Source: Halobacteriovoraceae bacterium (GTDB lineage Bacteria > Bdellovibrionota > Bacteriovoracia > Bacteriovoracales > Bacteriovoracaceae). Taken from it: a stretch of 64,000 nucleotides of DNA. Of the stretch, positions 49,971-59,965 are shown piece after piece; positions within the stretch are counted from its first letter, which is position 1, and each line of letters begins with the position of its first letter. Below the pieces are notes generated by a model. It was not told where the DNA came from. It ran no database searches and saw only the letters and a list, made by a program, of their open reading frames with translations. Where the stretch lies: assembly GCA_963719505.1 (NCBI GenBank), contig CAVRCF010000005.1, positions 1,056,001 through 1,120,000 on the forward strand. Direction: 5' to 3'. A program made the position numbers and the translations under genes.

Positions 49971-50606
49971 ATGGACTTAAAAGACGTTAGACAAGATTAT
50001 ATGCAAAAGCCTCTCGATATTGAAGGCTATAGAGAAAACCCTGGCAAGCTTTTAGAGAAGTGGTTTGAAGATGCTCTTTCTGAAAATCTTCCTCTACCAA
50101 ACGCAGTCACTCTTTCCACAATAGGTCTAGATGGATTTCCAAATGCTCGGGTCGTCCTCGTGAAAGAAGTCTCTGGTAATAGTCTGGTGATCTACACAGA
50201 TTACGAAAGCACCAAAGGGCTAGAAATAGAGAAAAATAGTAATGTCGCTGTCACAGTTCTTTGGAAAGGGGTTGAAAGACAAATTAGAATTAGAGCAAAG
50301 TGTGAAAAAATATCCTATGAAGAATCCGATAAATATTTTCGCTCTCGTCCAAAAGCATCACAAATAAGTGCTACAGCTTCTCATCAAAGTCAGCCAACTG
50401 AGATGAAGACTTTGGAATCAAAAGTTGAAAGTCTTACAGAACAATATAAAAATGAAGACTCACTACCCTGTCCTCCAAACTGGGGTGGATACAAACTTAT
50501 CTACGACCAAATTGAATTCTGGCAAGGTCGCCCTAATAGATTGCATGATAGATTTCAATTTACCAGAGAAGGAGAATCCTGGAATCTAGAGAGGATTTCT
50601 CCTTAA
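49971..50606 (+). CDS. pdxH: Pyridoxamine 5'-phosphate oxidase
   Basis: PNARVVLVK, YFRSRP, EFWQGRPNRLHDR. Confidence 0.95.
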   Translation: MDLKDVRQDYMQKPLDIEGYRENPGKLLEKWFEDALSENLPLPNAVTLSTIGLDGFPNARVVLVKEVSGNSLVIYTDYESTKGLEIEKNSNVAVTVLWKGVERQIRIRAKCEKISYEESDKYFRSRPKASQISATASHQSQPTEMKTLESKVESLTEQYKNEDSLPCPPNWGGYKLIYDQIEFWQGRPNRLHDRFQFTREGESWNLERISP

Positions 50607-50667
50607 ATTAACTACTTAGGGCTCCAAAATGTCTCTAGAAAAAGACACCTTAAACCGATAAGAATCT

Positions 50668-51861
50668 ATGGGTAAGTGGATCTCCTCTCTATTATTAATC
50701 TTTTATGTGAATCTCTCTGAAGCTTCTCATTGTGATATATCGGGTAGAGTCCCTCTCGTTTTTGATCAATCAAGTGTTGATCTATCTACTCAAGTGAGTC
50801 GTCTCACGGCTTCTTCAATTTGTGAAAACTTCGACAAAGATGACTCTTATATTGACGTAAAAACAAAGCTTGAAACACTTGTCGCCAATCAAACGAATGA
50901 AATATATTCCATCAAAGATCGCCACGATATGGGAAATGCACTCAACACTTGTGAGCCAAACAAAAACTCAAAGGCACTCGTTCTCTCTTTTGCCGGAACA
51001 GGGGCATACAATCCAAGAACGCATTCTCTTTTGGCACAGGTTATTCAATGTCAAAAATTTCAAAACCTCTCAGTGCATTCTAAAAAAGCTGTCTATGGAA
51101 TATTCTTTAACGAGTTAAAAAATAAAAATTCTGCTTATACCAAATGGTCGGGCATCGACAAAGGTATTATGAGCAGTTTTATCTCCGATCCTAAGCTCAA
51201 TGCAAAAGCAAAAGATTTTGACTTTGCCACCTTTGCCTCAGAAGAAAGTGAGATGATAGCTGATCCCCAAAATATAAGTTTAAACTCTTTATCAAGCCTA
51301 GCTGATGAAGTCTTGGCTTCAACTGCCGGACTACCAAAAGGTATTGCTAACGCAAAGAAATGCCTTGTAAAATATGCGATGAAGTCAAAAGAGCTTGGTA
51401 TTCATCCAAAACTCATCATCTTGAGTCACTCCAGTGGTGGAAGATCGGCCGTTAAATTTTTAGAACTTATGAAACAAAATGAGATAAAAGCTGATTTGGT
51501 TATAACTCTAGATCCCGTCGTTGAAGCTCAACATGCCATTGGTGAAGTCGCTTCTCAATATGCTGGACGGGCAAGAGACTATCTCAATCCTTTTACATCA
51601 AACGATAAACCTGTAAGAGTATGGTCAAGAACTCAGCCTCGAAAACTTTATAAAACAAATGCAAAAAAATGGATAAGTTTTTATCAAACGGATGATTCAA
51701 AAGGTCTTGGTACATCACCAGCTTTTGGAATCTACGGCTCTCCTATTAGTGGTGGAGAAAACATAAAAATTGAAGATACAGGGGCATCTGGTCACGGAAA
51801 GATCTGTTATGAAGAAGAAGTTTTAGAAAAAATGAAAAAGAGTATTCTTGATTTGTTTTGA
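50668..51861 (+). CDS. Secreted alpha/beta-hydrolase-like protein
   Basis: Signal peptide; LSHSSGG nucleophile elbow, ITLDP, C-terminal His. Confidence 0.55.
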   Translation: MGKWISSLLLIFYVNLSEASHCDISGRVPLVFDQSSVDLSTQVSRLTASSICENFDKDDSYIDVKTKLETLVANQTNEIYSIKDRHDMGNALNTCEPNKNSKALVLSFAGTGAYNPRTHSLLAQVIQCQKFQNLSVHSKKAVYGIFFNELKNKNSAYTKWSGIDKGIMSSFISDPKLNAKAKDFDFATFASEESEMIADPQNISLNSLSSLADEVLASTAGLPKGIANAKKCLVKYAMKSKELGIHPKLIILSHSSGGRSAVKFLELMKQNEIKADLVITLDPVVEAQHAIGEVASQYAGRARDYLNPFTSNDKPVRVWSRTQPRKLYKTNAKKWISFYQTDDSKGLGTSPAFGIYGSPISGGENIKIEDTGASGHGKICYEEEVLEKMKKSILDLF

Positions 51862-51863
51862 AA

Positions 51864-51901
51864 AAGAAATGGTGGGCGTTGACGGGATCGAATAGCCGAC
51901 A
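51864..51901 (-). repeat. Duplicated 3' end of tRNA-Val (att-like site)
   Basis: AAGAAATGGTGGGCGTTGACGGGATCGAA..GCCGACA matches 58450-58487 with two mismatches. Confidence 0.9.
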
Positions 51902-51951
51902 CATATATATAAGTAACCTATAGCTTAAAGTTCGAGACTTTACTTATACTT

Positions 51952-53589
51952 TTAGTGCTCTTTATACCGGACAGGTGTATTTGAAATATGAAAACTAATC
52001 TTCTCTGCTAGTTCCGTTATATCAATTGGCTTAGACACATGATCTGAAAAACCACTTTTTAAAAATCTTTCTTTTTCTTCAGAGAAGGCAAATGCAGTCA
52101 AAGCAATGATTGGTTTATTAAAATTTGATTTTCTCAAAATCTCAACGGCTTCAAACCCATCCATAACTGGCATCTGAATGTCCATCAAGACTATGTCAAA
52201 GTTTCCACTCTCAACTTTTTCAATTCCTTCTTTTCCATCGTTGGCCGTAGTAATGTTCGCTCCAAGCTGAGTGAGGGTAATCTCGACAAGGCGTCTATTT
52301 TCAACTCCGTCGTCAACATAAAGAACATCAACACCCATAAGTTTTCCTTGAGTACTGTGAAGATTTTTTTCTTCAACCTTTTCAGTTTTTGAGGTGATAA
52401 TTTTATCCATTGAAAATGGATGGGGGTTAATTCGAGCAGAAAAGGTACTTCCTTTGCCAGGGTTTGATGCTAAAAGTTTAAGGTCTCCTCCAAGAGCTTC
52501 TGCAAGTTGACGCGAAATTTTAAGTCCCAAACCAGTACCGCCAAATCTTCTAGTAATTGAGCTGTCGGCTTGAGTAAATGCATTAAACAATTTAGATTCT
52601 ACTTCTGCATCTATTCCAATTCCCGAATCAATTACGTCTACTCTTAGGAGGGGCTCTTTAGTTGTCCCCACTTGATCAAAACTCACAACAACTTTAACAG
52701 TTCCTTTTTTTGTAAATTTAATAGCATTAGTTAAAAGGTTTGTGAGTATTTGCTTAAAGCGAATGGGATCGCTCGTAATCCTTGTTGGTGTTCCTTCTTT
52801 CATCGAGAGATTCAGTTTGAGTCCTTTATCGGATGCCTTTAACTGAAAAAGATTCTCAATATCTTTTAGTAAATCTTTTAATATAAAATTAACCTTCTCT
52901 ACATCGATTCGACCAGCTTCAATTTTAGATAAATCCAGTACATCATTAATGATTCCTAATAAAACTTTCCCACTTCGATCGATGATTTCAATATATTCTT
53001 CTCTTTCCTTATAGTTTGGATTTTTTGTTTTAAGAAGTTTAGAAAATCCAAGTATCGATCCAAGTGGTGTTCTAATTTCATGACTAATATTGGCCAAAAA
53101 ATCAGTCTTTGCACGACTAGCGGCTTCAGCTGTATCTTTAAGTTTCTTCATCGTCTCGGATTGCTCTTGGATCTTTTGAATATACTCATCTTGTATTTGT
53201 TTTTGCTGATCGAGTTCAACAAAGATCTTAACCTTACTTGCTAGAACATGGGGATCATAAGGCTTGTTAAGAAAGTCAACAGCTCCTGCCTCATAACCTT
53301 TAAACATTTGTTTTTGGTCAACAGCTCCAGCTGTTACAAATATAATTGGTATTTTACTCGTATCAGCATGGCTTCTCATCAGTTCTGCAACTTCAAATCC
53401 ATCCATCCCAGGCATCTGTACATCTAGCATCACCAGAGCAAACTTATGGTCTAGCAGTAGACTTAATGCCATATTACCGCTGTCAGCACTAATGATATCA
53501 ACATCGATATCAAGCTCTTGAATACTACTACTCATTGCTTTTATATTACTAGCTTGATCATCAACAATTAATATTTTGGTATTATTCAC
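51952..53589 (-). CDS. Hybrid histidine kinase REC-HisKA-HATPase-REC
   Basis: ILIVDD...LDVQMP, FLANISHEIRTPL, NAIKFT, GGTGLGL, MDIQMPVMDG. Confidence 0.95.
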   Translation of the reverse strand: MNNTKILIVDDQASNIKAMSSSIQELDIDVDIISADSGNMALSLLLDHKFALVMLDVQMPGMDGFEVAELMRSHADTSKIPIIFVTAGAVDQKQMFKGYEAGAVDFLNKPYDPHVLASKVKIFVELDQQKQIQDEYIQKIQEQSETMKKLKDTAEAASRAKTDFLANISHEIRTPLGSILGFSKLLKTKNPNYKEREEYIEIIDRSGKVLLGIINDVLDLSKIEAGRIDVEKVNFILKDLLKDIENLFQLKASDKGLKLNLSMKEGTPTRITSDPIRFKQILTNLLTNAIKFTKKGTVKVVVSFDQVGTTKEPLLRVDVIDSGIGIDAEVESKLFNAFTQADSSITRRFGGTGLGLKISRQLAEALGGDLKLLASNPGKGSTFSARINPHPFSMDKIITSKTEKVEEKNLHSTQGKLMGVDVLYVDDGVENRRLVEITLTQLGANITTANDGKEGIEKVESGNFDIVLMDIQMPVMDGFEAVEILRKSNFNKPIIALTAFAFSEEKERFLKSGFSDHVSKPIDITELAEKISFHISNTPVRYKEH

Positions 53590-54194
53590 AAACTAGCCTT
53601 AGTCCTTTCATGTGACTTTTTAGATATTGCTTCGACAATCTTTGATCCGATCTCTTCTACAGAAAGGATATAATCCACTTTGGCTTGCTGAATTCCTGAA
53701 TTTGGCATTGCTCTAGATTCAGCAGTATCCGGGTCTTGAACAATCGTTACCCCCCCTCTATCCGCAATACTTTTAAGCCCGAGAGCTCCATCACTATTTG
53801 CTCCCGTGAGAAGCACCCCCACCAAGTTCTTACGATAAACTTTCGCGGCAGATTCAAATAAAACATCGATTGATGGTCTCGACCAGTTTTCGAGTTCATC
53901 TAAACTGAGAGCTAATGTAAAGTCTGCTTCGACCAATAGGTGATATCCCGGTGGAGCTATATAGACACACCCTTTCTCAATAATCATTTTATCAGTTCCT
54001 TCTCTTACAGGAATTTTACACTCTGCTGCTAAAATTTTAGGAAGTATTGACTTCGAGTCTCGTGGGAAATGCTGAACAATAAAAATGGGACAAGGAAATG
54101 TGCTGGAAAGTGCACTGAGTACAACTTTCAATGCACTAATTCCTCCTGCAGAAGCCCCAATAACAATGGCATTTTCTTTAGATATACTGAACAT
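53586..54194 (-). CDS. cheB: Stand-alone CheB-type methylesterase (no REC domain)
   Basis: IGASAGG, VQH, RPSIDVLFESAA, LTGANSDGA. Confidence 0.9.
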   Translation of the reverse strand: MFSISKENAIVIGASAGGISALKVVLSALSSTFPCPIFIVQHFPRDSKSILPKILAAECKIPVREGTDKMIIEKGCVYIAPPGYHLLVEADFTLALSLDELENWSRPSIDVLFESAAKVYRKNLVGVLLTGANSDGALGLKSIADRGGVTIVQDPDTAESRAMPNSGIQQAKVDYILSVEEIGSKIVEAISKKSHERTKASL

Positions 54195-55045
54195 TATATA
54201 GGCCCAATCTTTTGATAAATCTCATGAGACTTATCTAAATGCTTAAAAAGAAGATCAAACTTTGTAAACTTTAATGACTCTTTTGATCCAATGCAAAGGT
54301 ATCCCCTGTGGCAAAGACTACGATAAAATAAATCCAATGCTCTATTTTGCAATTCCTTATTAAAATAAATAAACACATTTCTGCACAAGATTAAATTAAC
54401 CTCTGAGAAAACGTCATCAACAGCTAAACTGTGTTCAGAAAAGATTATTCTTTCTTTAAGAAAATTCTCCATAATTGCAGAGTCATGGTCAGATAAATAA
54501 TAATCCGAGAAGACTCCTCTATTTCCAGCTTTCAAATAATTTTTAGTGGATTTTTTGATCTCAAAAGAAGAGTAGACACCTCTTCTGGCATTTTGTATCG
54601 CCAGCGGATTAATATCTGTAGCGTAAAGAGTAGATTTTTCTAATAATCCTGCCTCATGAAGAAGGATGGCCATAGAATAAACTTCCTCCCCCGTGCTACA
54701 GCCCGCGTGCCAAATACGAATAGAAGGATATGTTGCAAGCCTAGGTATTACCTCTTGAGTTAGGTATTTAAAATATTCTGAATCGCGAAACATCTCAGTA
54801 ACTGTAACAGTAAGATCACTTAAGATTTCAGAGAAGAAAATCTTATCATTTTCTACTTTTTCTCTAAGTGCATTTATACTGACAGTTTCATATCGTTCCA
54901 CAGCTCTTAGAATTCGTCGTCTCAAAGATGCCGGCGCATAATTAGTAAAGTCATAGTCATAAACCCTAGAGACACCTTCTATAAAAAGTTCTATATCACG
55001 ATCAACTTTTTCGTCTTCAATATCTTGATTTGAAGTTGAATCCAT
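54194..55045 (-). CDS. cheR: CheR-type protein-glutamate methyltransferase
   Basis: VTEMFRD, RIWHAGCSTGEEVYS, ATDIN, ILCRNVFIYF. Confidence 0.95.
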   Translation of the reverse strand: MDSTSNQDIEDEKVDRDIELFIEGVSRVYDYDFTNYAPASLRRRILRAVERYETVSINALREKVENDKIFFSEILSDLTVTVTEMFRDSEYFKYLTQEVIPRLATYPSIRIWHAGCSTGEEVYSMAILLHEAGLLEKSTLYATDINPLAIQNARRGVYSSFEIKKSTKNYLKAGNRGVFSDYYLSDHDSAIMENFLKERIIFSEHSLAVDDVFSEVNLILCRNVFIYFNKELQNRALDLFYRSLCHRGYLCIGSKESLKFTKFDLLFKHLDKSHEIYQKIGPI

Positions 55046-58000
55046 CTAAAAACCTTTCGGAGAAAGCCAGACTCTTATAAGTGATAATAGTCGTTTTGGA
55101 TCAACAGGCTTTGATAGGTAGTCATTAGCTCCAGCGTTTATACATTCTTCACGATCACCTTTCATAGCTTTTGCTGTTAAGGCGATAATAGGAAGGTCGC
55201 TAAACTTATCTTGCTCTCGAATTTTTCTCATCGCCTCATAACCATCCATTACTGGCATCATAATATCCATTAGAACAATATCGATATTGAGATTAACTTC
55301 GAGAGAGCTTAAGGCTTCAGCTCCATTTCTCGCCACTGTTACTGTTGCAGCTTTATTTTCTAAGACTTTACGAAGTGAAAATATATTTCTCATATCATCA
55401 TCGACTAATAATATATTAGCTCCTTCTAAAACTTGATGGCGCTCTCTCATAACCCTTAATACCCTTTGCTTTGGTAGTGGTAGCTGGTTCTCAACTTTAT
55501 GAAGAAATAAAAGTGTTTCATCTAACAGGCGCTCTTTTGAGTGGATGCTCTTAACAACGATCGAGCTTGAATATTCTCTTAACTTCCTCTCTTCTTCAGA
55601 GTTTAAGTCTTTAGCAGTATGGATAATAATTGGAGGATGGGAAACTGAATCATCGAGAGACATTTCTTGCAGTAGCTCAAGGCCTGTCATATCAGGAAGC
55701 TTATAATCGAGAATGACACAATCATAAGTTGACTCCTTAAGTGCATTCATGGCTGCTTTACCAGTTTTGACCCCGATTGTTTCCACATCATCTAAATCAG
55801 AGATTAGGCTAAATAAATTATTTAATTGAATTTGATCATCTTCCACAAGGAGAATTCTCTTTATAGATCTCGAATCCACATCTAGAATACGATTAAATGC
55901 TTGTTCTAGATCATCCTTTAAAGCTGGCTTCAATAAATACCCAACCGCTCCCATATGTAGAGCATTCTTTTTCTGATCAACTCCAGATGCTATATGAACG
56001 GGAATATGTCTTGTTTTTGGGTTTCTCTTAATGTGCTCCAAAACTTCCATCCCACCTAGACCTGGAAGCTTGAGATCAAGAAAAACGCCACTTGGCATAT
56101 AACGAGCAATATCCTCTAGACCAGCTTCTCCATTTTCACTTAAAATACATTTGAAATTATTTTCTCTGGCCACTTTTGCAACAGCTTGAGCAAAATTTTC
56201 TTCATCTTCAATTATTTGCAGGACCTTATCTCCTGGAACAATTTGATCTCTATCGTCTTGAAAAGCTAGCGAGCGCTCTTTGCCAAGAGGTTTGGGAGAA
56301 ATATCGAGGTTAGAATTCTTTGATAGTGGTTTTCTCTCTATAGGCTTTGAAGTTGGAAATGAAGCTTCTGAAGATTCTCTTAATGCCTCACTATGTTCCA
56401 ATCTTAATGGAAGTAAGAGTGTAAATTTACTTCCTATATTTTTCTCACTCTCTAATCTAATTTCACCATCTAAAAGAACGGCAAGCTCTCTAGAAATTGC
56501 AAGCCCCAGACCTGTTCCCCCGAATTGTCGAGCAGTTGTTCCGTCGGCTTGTCTAAAAGCTTCAAAAATTTCTTCCTGCTTATCTTTAGGTATCCCAACA
56601 CCAGTATCTTCAACAGAGATCGCTATTGGTGTCTCTCTTAACGGTGATTTGAAAATTTTGAAACGAATACTTCCACTTTCCGTGAATTTTAATGCATTAG
56701 ATAGAAAGTTCTTAATAATTTGCTCAACTCGTTGCTTATCTGTAATGATTGTTTCATCAAGTTCTGAAAGATCACATTCAACTTCAAAACTAAGATCTTT
56801 ATGTTCAACTTGGACCTGGAAGCTTGATTTTAAATGGTTTTGAAATGACCTTAAGTTTACAGGCTCAGGAATAAGTTCAACTTTACCAGATTCAATTTTA
56901 GATAAATCAAGAATATCATTTATCAATGACAGTAAATCTTGACCAGAAGATGTAATCGTTTTTAACGAATCGATCTCATCATCTGTGAAAACTTCCCTCT
57001 TATTAGCAGAAAGAAGCTCTGAGAGAATCAAAATACTATTGAGTGGCGTTCTAAGCTCATGAGACATATTTGACAAAAACTCAGACTTATATTGACTACC
57101 AAGCTGTATTTCTTCTTTGGATTTTCTAAGATTATTATTAGATTCTTTGAGAGCTTCAGTTTGCTCTTCAAGCTGCTGTTGCTTTTGCTCTAATTCTGAA
57201 TTAGATTCTTCTAGGTCTGCTTGCTGAGACTCAAGCTTAGAGTAGGCTTCTTCGATCTCTTTTGATTTTTCTGCCAACTCTTCATTTAAAGTCTTAAGCT
57301 CTTCTTGTTGAGCTTGTAAATTATCATTATACTTCTGAGTGTTGTTTAGGTGCTGTTGAATAATGACTCTATTCAAAGCGAGGTCGACGGCAATCCCAAT
57401 GTTCTCGGGGACTATATCTAGAATTCTACGAGTAAGTCCATCAAACGGTTTCAATGTTCCTAGCTCCATAACTCCATTGAGCTTTCCTTCAAAAAATATT
57501 GGGATCGCGACCAAATATTTTGGAGTCATTTCTCCCAAGCTTGATCTAATCTTTAGGTAATAATCACTTGGCACATCATTAAGCTCCACTGCTTTTAATT
57601 GTGAGGCAGCCTCTCCGATGATCCCTTCATTAAAACTAAAAACGTTAGCGTTACTGCTTTCGTCTGTATAAGCATACTTTGCGACTCTTTTTAGTGACTT
57701 TTTGTCATTGCTCAAAATATAAAAGGAGCCAATACTCGCACTTGTAAAACTAGAGACTCTCTCTAATAATATCCTACAAAGATCTTCAACACTTTGAATT
57801 CCTATCATGCTATCGTTTATTTCCGCTATAGCTGACTGAATAGTAGCTTCCTCTGCAAGTTTCTCTGAGGCTTGCTCAATAGCGAGTCTACTTACTTCCA
57901 ATTCTTTCCGGGACTGAATAACTCTTAAAACAATTATTGCAACTGTCCAGAAAGTTACAATTCCAATCCCCCTACTCGTAAGGTTTGCTTGATGAACAGA

Positions 58001-58234
58001 AGTAAGGTTATCTTTTAGAATGAGATCGATACAGGCACCAAAAGTAGAGAGCCCAGCAAACGCTAGAGGAGCCCAAGTCTTTTTAGTTGATACACTCAAT
58101 ACAATCAATACTATATTCAATACCCATACCGTTGTACCAAAAGTTGTAGTGGCATCAATTAAGGCAATCACAACAAAAGCGAAAATAAGTGCAACAGTAA
58201 TAAATAGGTTCTTTTGATCGACTTGATTTTTCAT
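55046..58234 (-). CDS. Membrane hybrid histidine kinase: TM-GAF-coiled coil-HisKA-HATPase-3xREC
   Basis: N-terminal TMs, GAF-like region, FLSNMSHELRTPL, GGTGLGL, three receiver domains. Confidence 0.92.
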   Translation of the reverse strand: MKNQVDQKNLFITVALIFAFVVIALIDATTTFGTTVWVLNIVLIVLSVSTKKTWAPLAFAGLSTFGACIDLILKDNLTSVHQANLTSRGIGIVTFWTVAIIVLRVIQSRKELEVSRLAIEQASEKLAEEATIQSAIAEINDSMIGIQSVEDLCRILLERVSSFTSASIGSFYILSNDKKSLKRVAKYAYTDESSNANVFSFNEGIIGEAASQLKAVELNDVPSDYYLKIRSSLGEMTPKYLVAIPIFFEGKLNGVMELGTLKPFDGLTRRILDIVPENIGIAVDLALNRVIIQQHLNNTQKYNDNLQAQQEELKTLNEELAEKSKEIEEAYSKLESQQADLEESNSELEQKQQQLEEQTEALKESNNNLRKSKEEIQLGSQYKSEFLSNMSHELRTPLNSILILSELLSANKREVFTDDEIDSLKTITSSGQDLLSLINDILDLSKIESGKVELIPEPVNLRSFQNHLKSSFQVQVEHKDLSFEVECDLSELDETIITDKQRVEQIIKNFLSNALKFTESGSIRFKIFKSPLRETPIAISVEDTGVGIPKDKQEEIFEAFRQADGTTARQFGGTGLGLAISRELAVLLDGEIRLESEKNIGSKFTLLLPLRLEHSEALRESSEASFPTSKPIERKPLSKNSNLDISPKPLGKERSLAFQDDRDQIVPGDKVLQIIEDEENFAQAVAKVARENNFKCILSENGEAGLEDIARYMPSGVFLDLKLPGLGGMEVLEHIKRNPKTRHIPVHIASGVDQKKNALHMGAVGYLLKPALKDDLEQAFNRILDVDSRSIKRILLVEDDQIQLNNLFSLISDLDDVETIGVKTGKAAMNALKESTYDCVILDYKLPDMTGLELLQEMSLDDSVSHPPIIIHTAKDLNSEEERKLREYSSSIVVKSIHSKERLLDETLLFLHKVENQLPLPKQRVLRVMRERHQVLEGANILLVDDDMRNIFSLRKVLENKAATVTVARNGAEALSSLEVNLNIDIVLMDIMMPVMDGYEAMRKIREQDKFSDLPIIALTAKAMKGDREECINAGANDYLSKPVDPKRLLSLIRVWLSPKGF

Positions 58235-58455
58235 TTATATATACTTGTTTGGAGTTTGCAATCCTCTTGAGTAGCTTACTTTTAACATCTTTAACATAAT
58301 AATCCCCCAAGAAATTCATCAGAGATGATACTACTTTCTCTCATCACCTACTGTCAAATAATGACGCTTGGCAAATCCAAAGTAAGTAAGCCAGTGTAGA
58401 TTAAACCAACCAAACATTGGGCAAACATGATTAATTTTTGATTATTATTAAGAAA

Positions 58456-58531
58456 TGGTGGGCGTTGACGGGATCGAACCGCCGACATCCACCTTGTAAG
58501 GGTGGCGCTCTCCCAGCTGAGCTAAACGCCC
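58456..58531 (-). tRNA. tRNA-Val(TAC)
   Basis: GGGCGTTTAGCTCAGCTGGGAGAGCGCCACCCT-TAC-AAGGTGGATGTCGGCGGTTCGATCCCGTCAACGCCCACCA, 76 nt with encoded CCA. Confidence 0.97.
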
Positions 58532-58607
58532 ATTTCTTATTGAGGGTCTAATTTATTTTAACTCGCTAAAACTGTCAATAGAAAATCACACTATTTTTAC
58601 TATATTA

Positions 58608-59708
58608 TTAGAGGTTAGAAAGAGCTATTGAGACTGCTTTTTCAGCATCCACGAGTCCTGCCCCGTAGTAATACTGATCTCCTAGAACCATCGCTGACTG
58701 CTTTAAGATCTCTTCCACCTCTTGAGCGCTAAAGAAGGGATTAACGCTATAGATAAGACCAGCAACCGCACTGACTATTGGTGCTGAAAAGGAGGTCCCT
58801 GAAGGACTACTATATTCATCTCCACCAAATGTAATATTGGCCCTTGTTGTAAAAACGTTTCTTGCGGGAGCCATAATATCGAGATTATGTCCCCAGTTAC
58901 TGCCACACCTAAAGCCACAATTCCACTTCGTATTGTTTGGCTCTGTTCCACCGACAATAAAAACATTTTTATAATCCGGATACTTCTTAACTTTTCTTCT
59001 TTGACCTTGGTTTCCAGCAGAATAAACAAGAAGGGCTCCTCTATCTGATGCGTATTTACCAGCTGACTGAATAATCTTTTGATTTACCCCGGTAAAACTA
59101 ACATTGATTACTTTTGCCCCGTTGTCAGCTGCGTACTTGATACAGTCTGCAATTCTACTTGTAGAGGCACTTCCACTTTTACTCGTTATTTTTAGTGGCA
59201 TCACTTTTAAGTGACTGGCGATTCCTTGAGTGTTAACGTTATTATTTGCCAGACCAACGATAAGTCCAGAGACCATTGTTCCGTGGTGAGTGTTTGGACT
59301 AGTATCATTTGAACTATCGACAAAGCTATATCCCGGTACGGATTGACCAGCGAGATCTGGATGTCCTTCTTCAAATCCTGAGTCACAAACTGCTACAACA
59401 ACGTCATGAGGATGAGTTAATAAATCAAGAGCACCTTGAGTCTTAATATTTGTGTGGTGCCATCCACCGTCAAGGCTTTTTGAATTGTCTAAAATAGGCT
59501 CAATCTCTTTTTGCATCTCATCGATTTCAACAAACTCATACTCTCCAGACTTATTCATCTCATCCACAATACTGGCCATTGACCTTGAGTTTTTATTTGA
59601 GATATTTAATTTTTCATAGATTGCATTAGAATCTTTTTTCTTAAAAAGAATTTGATTTCCACTTGCAAAGACACTGAGAGATAGAGTGAGACCTATTAAA
59701 GCTTTCAT
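58608..59708 (-). CDS. Secreted S8 (subtilisin-like) serine protease
   Basis: VAVCDSG, HHGT, SAGN, SGTSFSAP catalytic motifs. Confidence 0.92.
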   Translation of the reverse strand: MKALIGLTLSLSVFASGNQILFKKKDSNAIYEKLNISNKNSRSMASIVDEMNKSGEYEFVEIDEMQKEIEPILDNSKSLDGGWHHTNIKTQGALDLLTHPHDVVVAVCDSGFEEGHPDLAGQSVPGYSFVDSSNDTSPNTHHGTMVSGLIVGLANNNVNTQGIASHLKVMPLKITSKSGSASTSRIADCIKYAADNGAKVINVSFTGVNQKIIQSAGKYASDRGALLVYSAGNQGQRRKVKKYPDYKNVFIVGGTEPNNTKWNCGFRCGSNWGHNLDIMAPARNVFTTRANITFGGDEYSSPSGTSFSAPIVSAVAGLIYSVNPFFSAQEVEEILKQSAMVLGDQYYYGAGLVDAEKAVSIALSNL

Positions 59709-59965
59709 TGATTTCCTTTCGATAAAATTGCTTATAAAGCTTTATCGACAAAAATCGTCATGACCTTTGCTAGTAACCGATGAAGGGACTTTTCTTCCTC
59801 ACAATTAGCCCGTTTATTTCACCTCATATCGCCATAAAATTGAGATAGGTAGGCTTTATTTGGGGGTGTCTATTAGTTGAGCATCTGAGTTGTAAAGAAT
59901 TCAAAGCATGTCATTTTTGACAGCATTGGCCCTATAATAGAAGAAAATTAACTCAGGAGCCTACA

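Larger units (their letters stand above)
51864..58487. mobile_element. tRNA-Val-anchored genomic islet without integrase
   Basis: Direct repeat of the tRNA 3' end flanks a 4-gene signalling operon. Confidence 0.7.

Noticed and set aside
51864-51901. Second tRNA-Val gene
   Set aside because: Only the acceptor 3' strand and a damaged T-arm are present; no anticodon or D arm
56280-56843. 187-aa antisense ORF and similar shadow ORFs (e.g. 762..980, 14191..14493, 48042..48407)
   Set aside because: Overlap well-supported genes; no motifs or RBS
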